Part shown: positions 30,660 to 32,000 of the stretch, in pieces | Layout of the letters: each line of letters starts with the position of its first letter | Numbering within the stretch: the first letter of the stretch is position 1 | Source of the DNA: Candidatus Saccharimonadota bacterium | GTDB lineage: Bacteria; Patescibacteriota; Gracilibacteria; BD1-5; UBA6164 | Assembly (NCBI GenBank): GCA_965227835.1 | Contig: OZ245768.1 | Coordinates: 90,001-122,000, forward strand | Length of the DNA: 32,000 nt | Direction: 5' to 3' | Notes under the pieces: model-generated | Databases searched by the model: none | The model's input: the letters and a program-made list of their open reading frames with translations, nothing else | What the model was told of the DNA's origin: nothing | Translations under genes and position numbers: made by a program

Positions 30660-31379
30660 ATGATAAAAAAAATCGTTGAAAATCCTTTTTTTGAGAAATT
30701 TATTATAACTATAATCTTAATAAATTGAATAACTATTTGACTTGAAACATCAAAAACAATTATGCAAAATTATTGAGTTTTTTTGCATTTATTTGATAAT
30801 ATAGTAATAGCTATATTTACTCTAGAAGCCATTTTAAAAATATATACATATAGATTTAATTATTTCAAAAGTTGATGGAACTTGTTTGATTTTTCAATTG
30901 TTGTTATTTCACTGATACCTACTAGCTGACCTTTCCAAATACTTAGAATATTTAGAGTATTTAGGATTTTAAGACTTATAACAGTTATTCCTTCTATAAG
31001 AAAAATAGTCTCTGCTCTTTTGAGTGTAATCCCATGAATATTATCCGTTTTGGTTTTGATATTAATAATATTTTATGTTTTTGCTATAATGGCTACTCAA
31101 TTGTATTGAGAGAATTTTCCAGAATGGTTTGGTAGTATTTGAAGTTCATTTTTTACTTTGTTTCAAATAATGACCTTAGAATCTTGGTCAATGTGAATAG
31201 TCCGTCCTATTCTAGAAATTCATCCCTATGCTTGGGTATTTTTTGTTATTTTTATATTAATATCAACTTTTGTGATGATAAATTTAGTTATAGCTATAGT
31301 TGTGGAAGCAATGAATAAAATTAGTGATACTCAAGAAGAACATTACAAAAAAGCAAAAATGCCTCAAAATCTGATTTAA
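30660..31379 (+). CDS. Bacterial voltage-gated sodium channel (NaChBac/BacNav family), possibly missing its C-terminal coiled coil through a frameshift
   Basis: ATG 30660 to TAA 31377-31379 (239 aa). S4 [22 protein letters not shown] and pore/selectivity filter [13 protein letters not shown] (TLESWS hallmark). The ATG at 30652 is followed by TAA after four codons and was rejected. Confidence 0.8.
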
Positions 31380-31448
31380 AAAAATTAGAAAAAAATGTAA
31401 AAGAATTAAGGGATTTATTAAATAAAATAGATAATAACTAACTTATTT

Positions 31449-32000
31449 ATGAGTTTACTTCAATTTTTCTTTATAATATCAGGTATTATTATATTAATAC
31501 TTTCTTTTGATATTTCAAAAAAACAAAAATTCAATGCACTACATTTTATTATTTTTCTGTGAGTAGGTTCTGGGCTTTTGATATTTAGTTTTTTCCCAAA
31601 TGTGTTATCTAAAGTTTGAAGTATTTTTTGAGTAGCTAGATGAGCAGATGTTTTGGTTTATACTTCTATTGTTTTTCTTCTTTATTTTGTTCTTCTTCTT
31701 TTAGCTAAACATGTAGATAATAAAAATTCTATAACACAGCTTGTAAGAGAAATAGCTATAGATTCAAGTTTAAAAAAGAAAATAAACTGAAAATTAGTCT
31801 TTATTATAAGAACATACAATGAAGCAGAAACCTTATGAAAAGTAATAAAAGATATAATATCTAGTTGATATAAAAATATATTGGTTGTTGATGATTGAAG
31901 TTTTGATAGCACTAGTAAAATTTTAGAGAAAAATTCAAAAAATATTGTTGTTGTTAGACATTTAAAAAATAGATGAGCTTGAGCTGCTTTGGAAACTGGA
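31449..32000 (+). CDS. Family 2 glycosyltransferase with an N-terminal DUF2304-like membrane segment (3' end outside window)
   Basis: ATG 31449, frame 0 open to the window end. The membrane part contains ..GVARGADVLVY... It is followed by VFIIRTYNEAETLGKVI..ILVVDDGSFDST..HLKNRGAGAALETG, typical of GT2. Confidence 0.7.

Overview
This is a visibly AT-rich bacterial window that is only readable if TGA encodes glycine (genetic code 25, as in Gracilibacteria/Absconditabacteria-type candidate phyla). Invariant Gly positions of several motifs are TGA: HRIGRTGRAG (589-618), APTGSGKT (14222-14245), GDVGTGKT (28694-28717) and GKTGMGKS (26318-26341). The supplied standard-code ORF track is therefore fragmented, and several of its long ORFs are antisense artefacts. 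I re-read both strands by eye with only TAA/TAG as stops. Housekeeping genes found: a DEAD-box helicase, a DEDDh exonuclease, hisS, rplK, tRNA-Glu(CUC), recG, a NaChBac-type channel and a GT2 glycosyltransferase. They are interleaved with accessory DNA: a type III R-M system (mod/res) behind a structured promoter-to-terminator RNA, and a DUF4143 AAA ATPase. There is also an AbiL-like AAA-ATPase/RloB pair whose rloB is killed by an IS5-family insertion (4-bp AATT duplication) plus a poly-A frameshift. Further accessory items are a truncated radA, a RhuM-like gene with TAG at a conserved Trp, a NYN-domain gene, an overlapping two-gene module, a large multi-pass membrane protein and a VirD4/TraD-like ATPase. 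The most unusual signal is a family of modular GC-rich palindromic repeats (hairpins CCCTCTCC..GGAGAGGG and CAAGGGGTC..GACCCCTTG). They occur three times between small minus-strand genes (3948-6262). They also sit in frame inside two essential genes, hisS (about 3000-3262) and recG (about 28763-29485). The recG copy additionally carries a complete DUF559 (Vsr-like endonuclease) domain bracketed by a 25-bp direct repeat exactly 552 bp apart. A second recurrent element is a 24-nt hairpin motif (CAA-stem-TAAA-stem-CTGTTGA) with compensatory stem changes at six or more loci. All calls are manual translations and motif recognition; no database search or folding calculation was possible.
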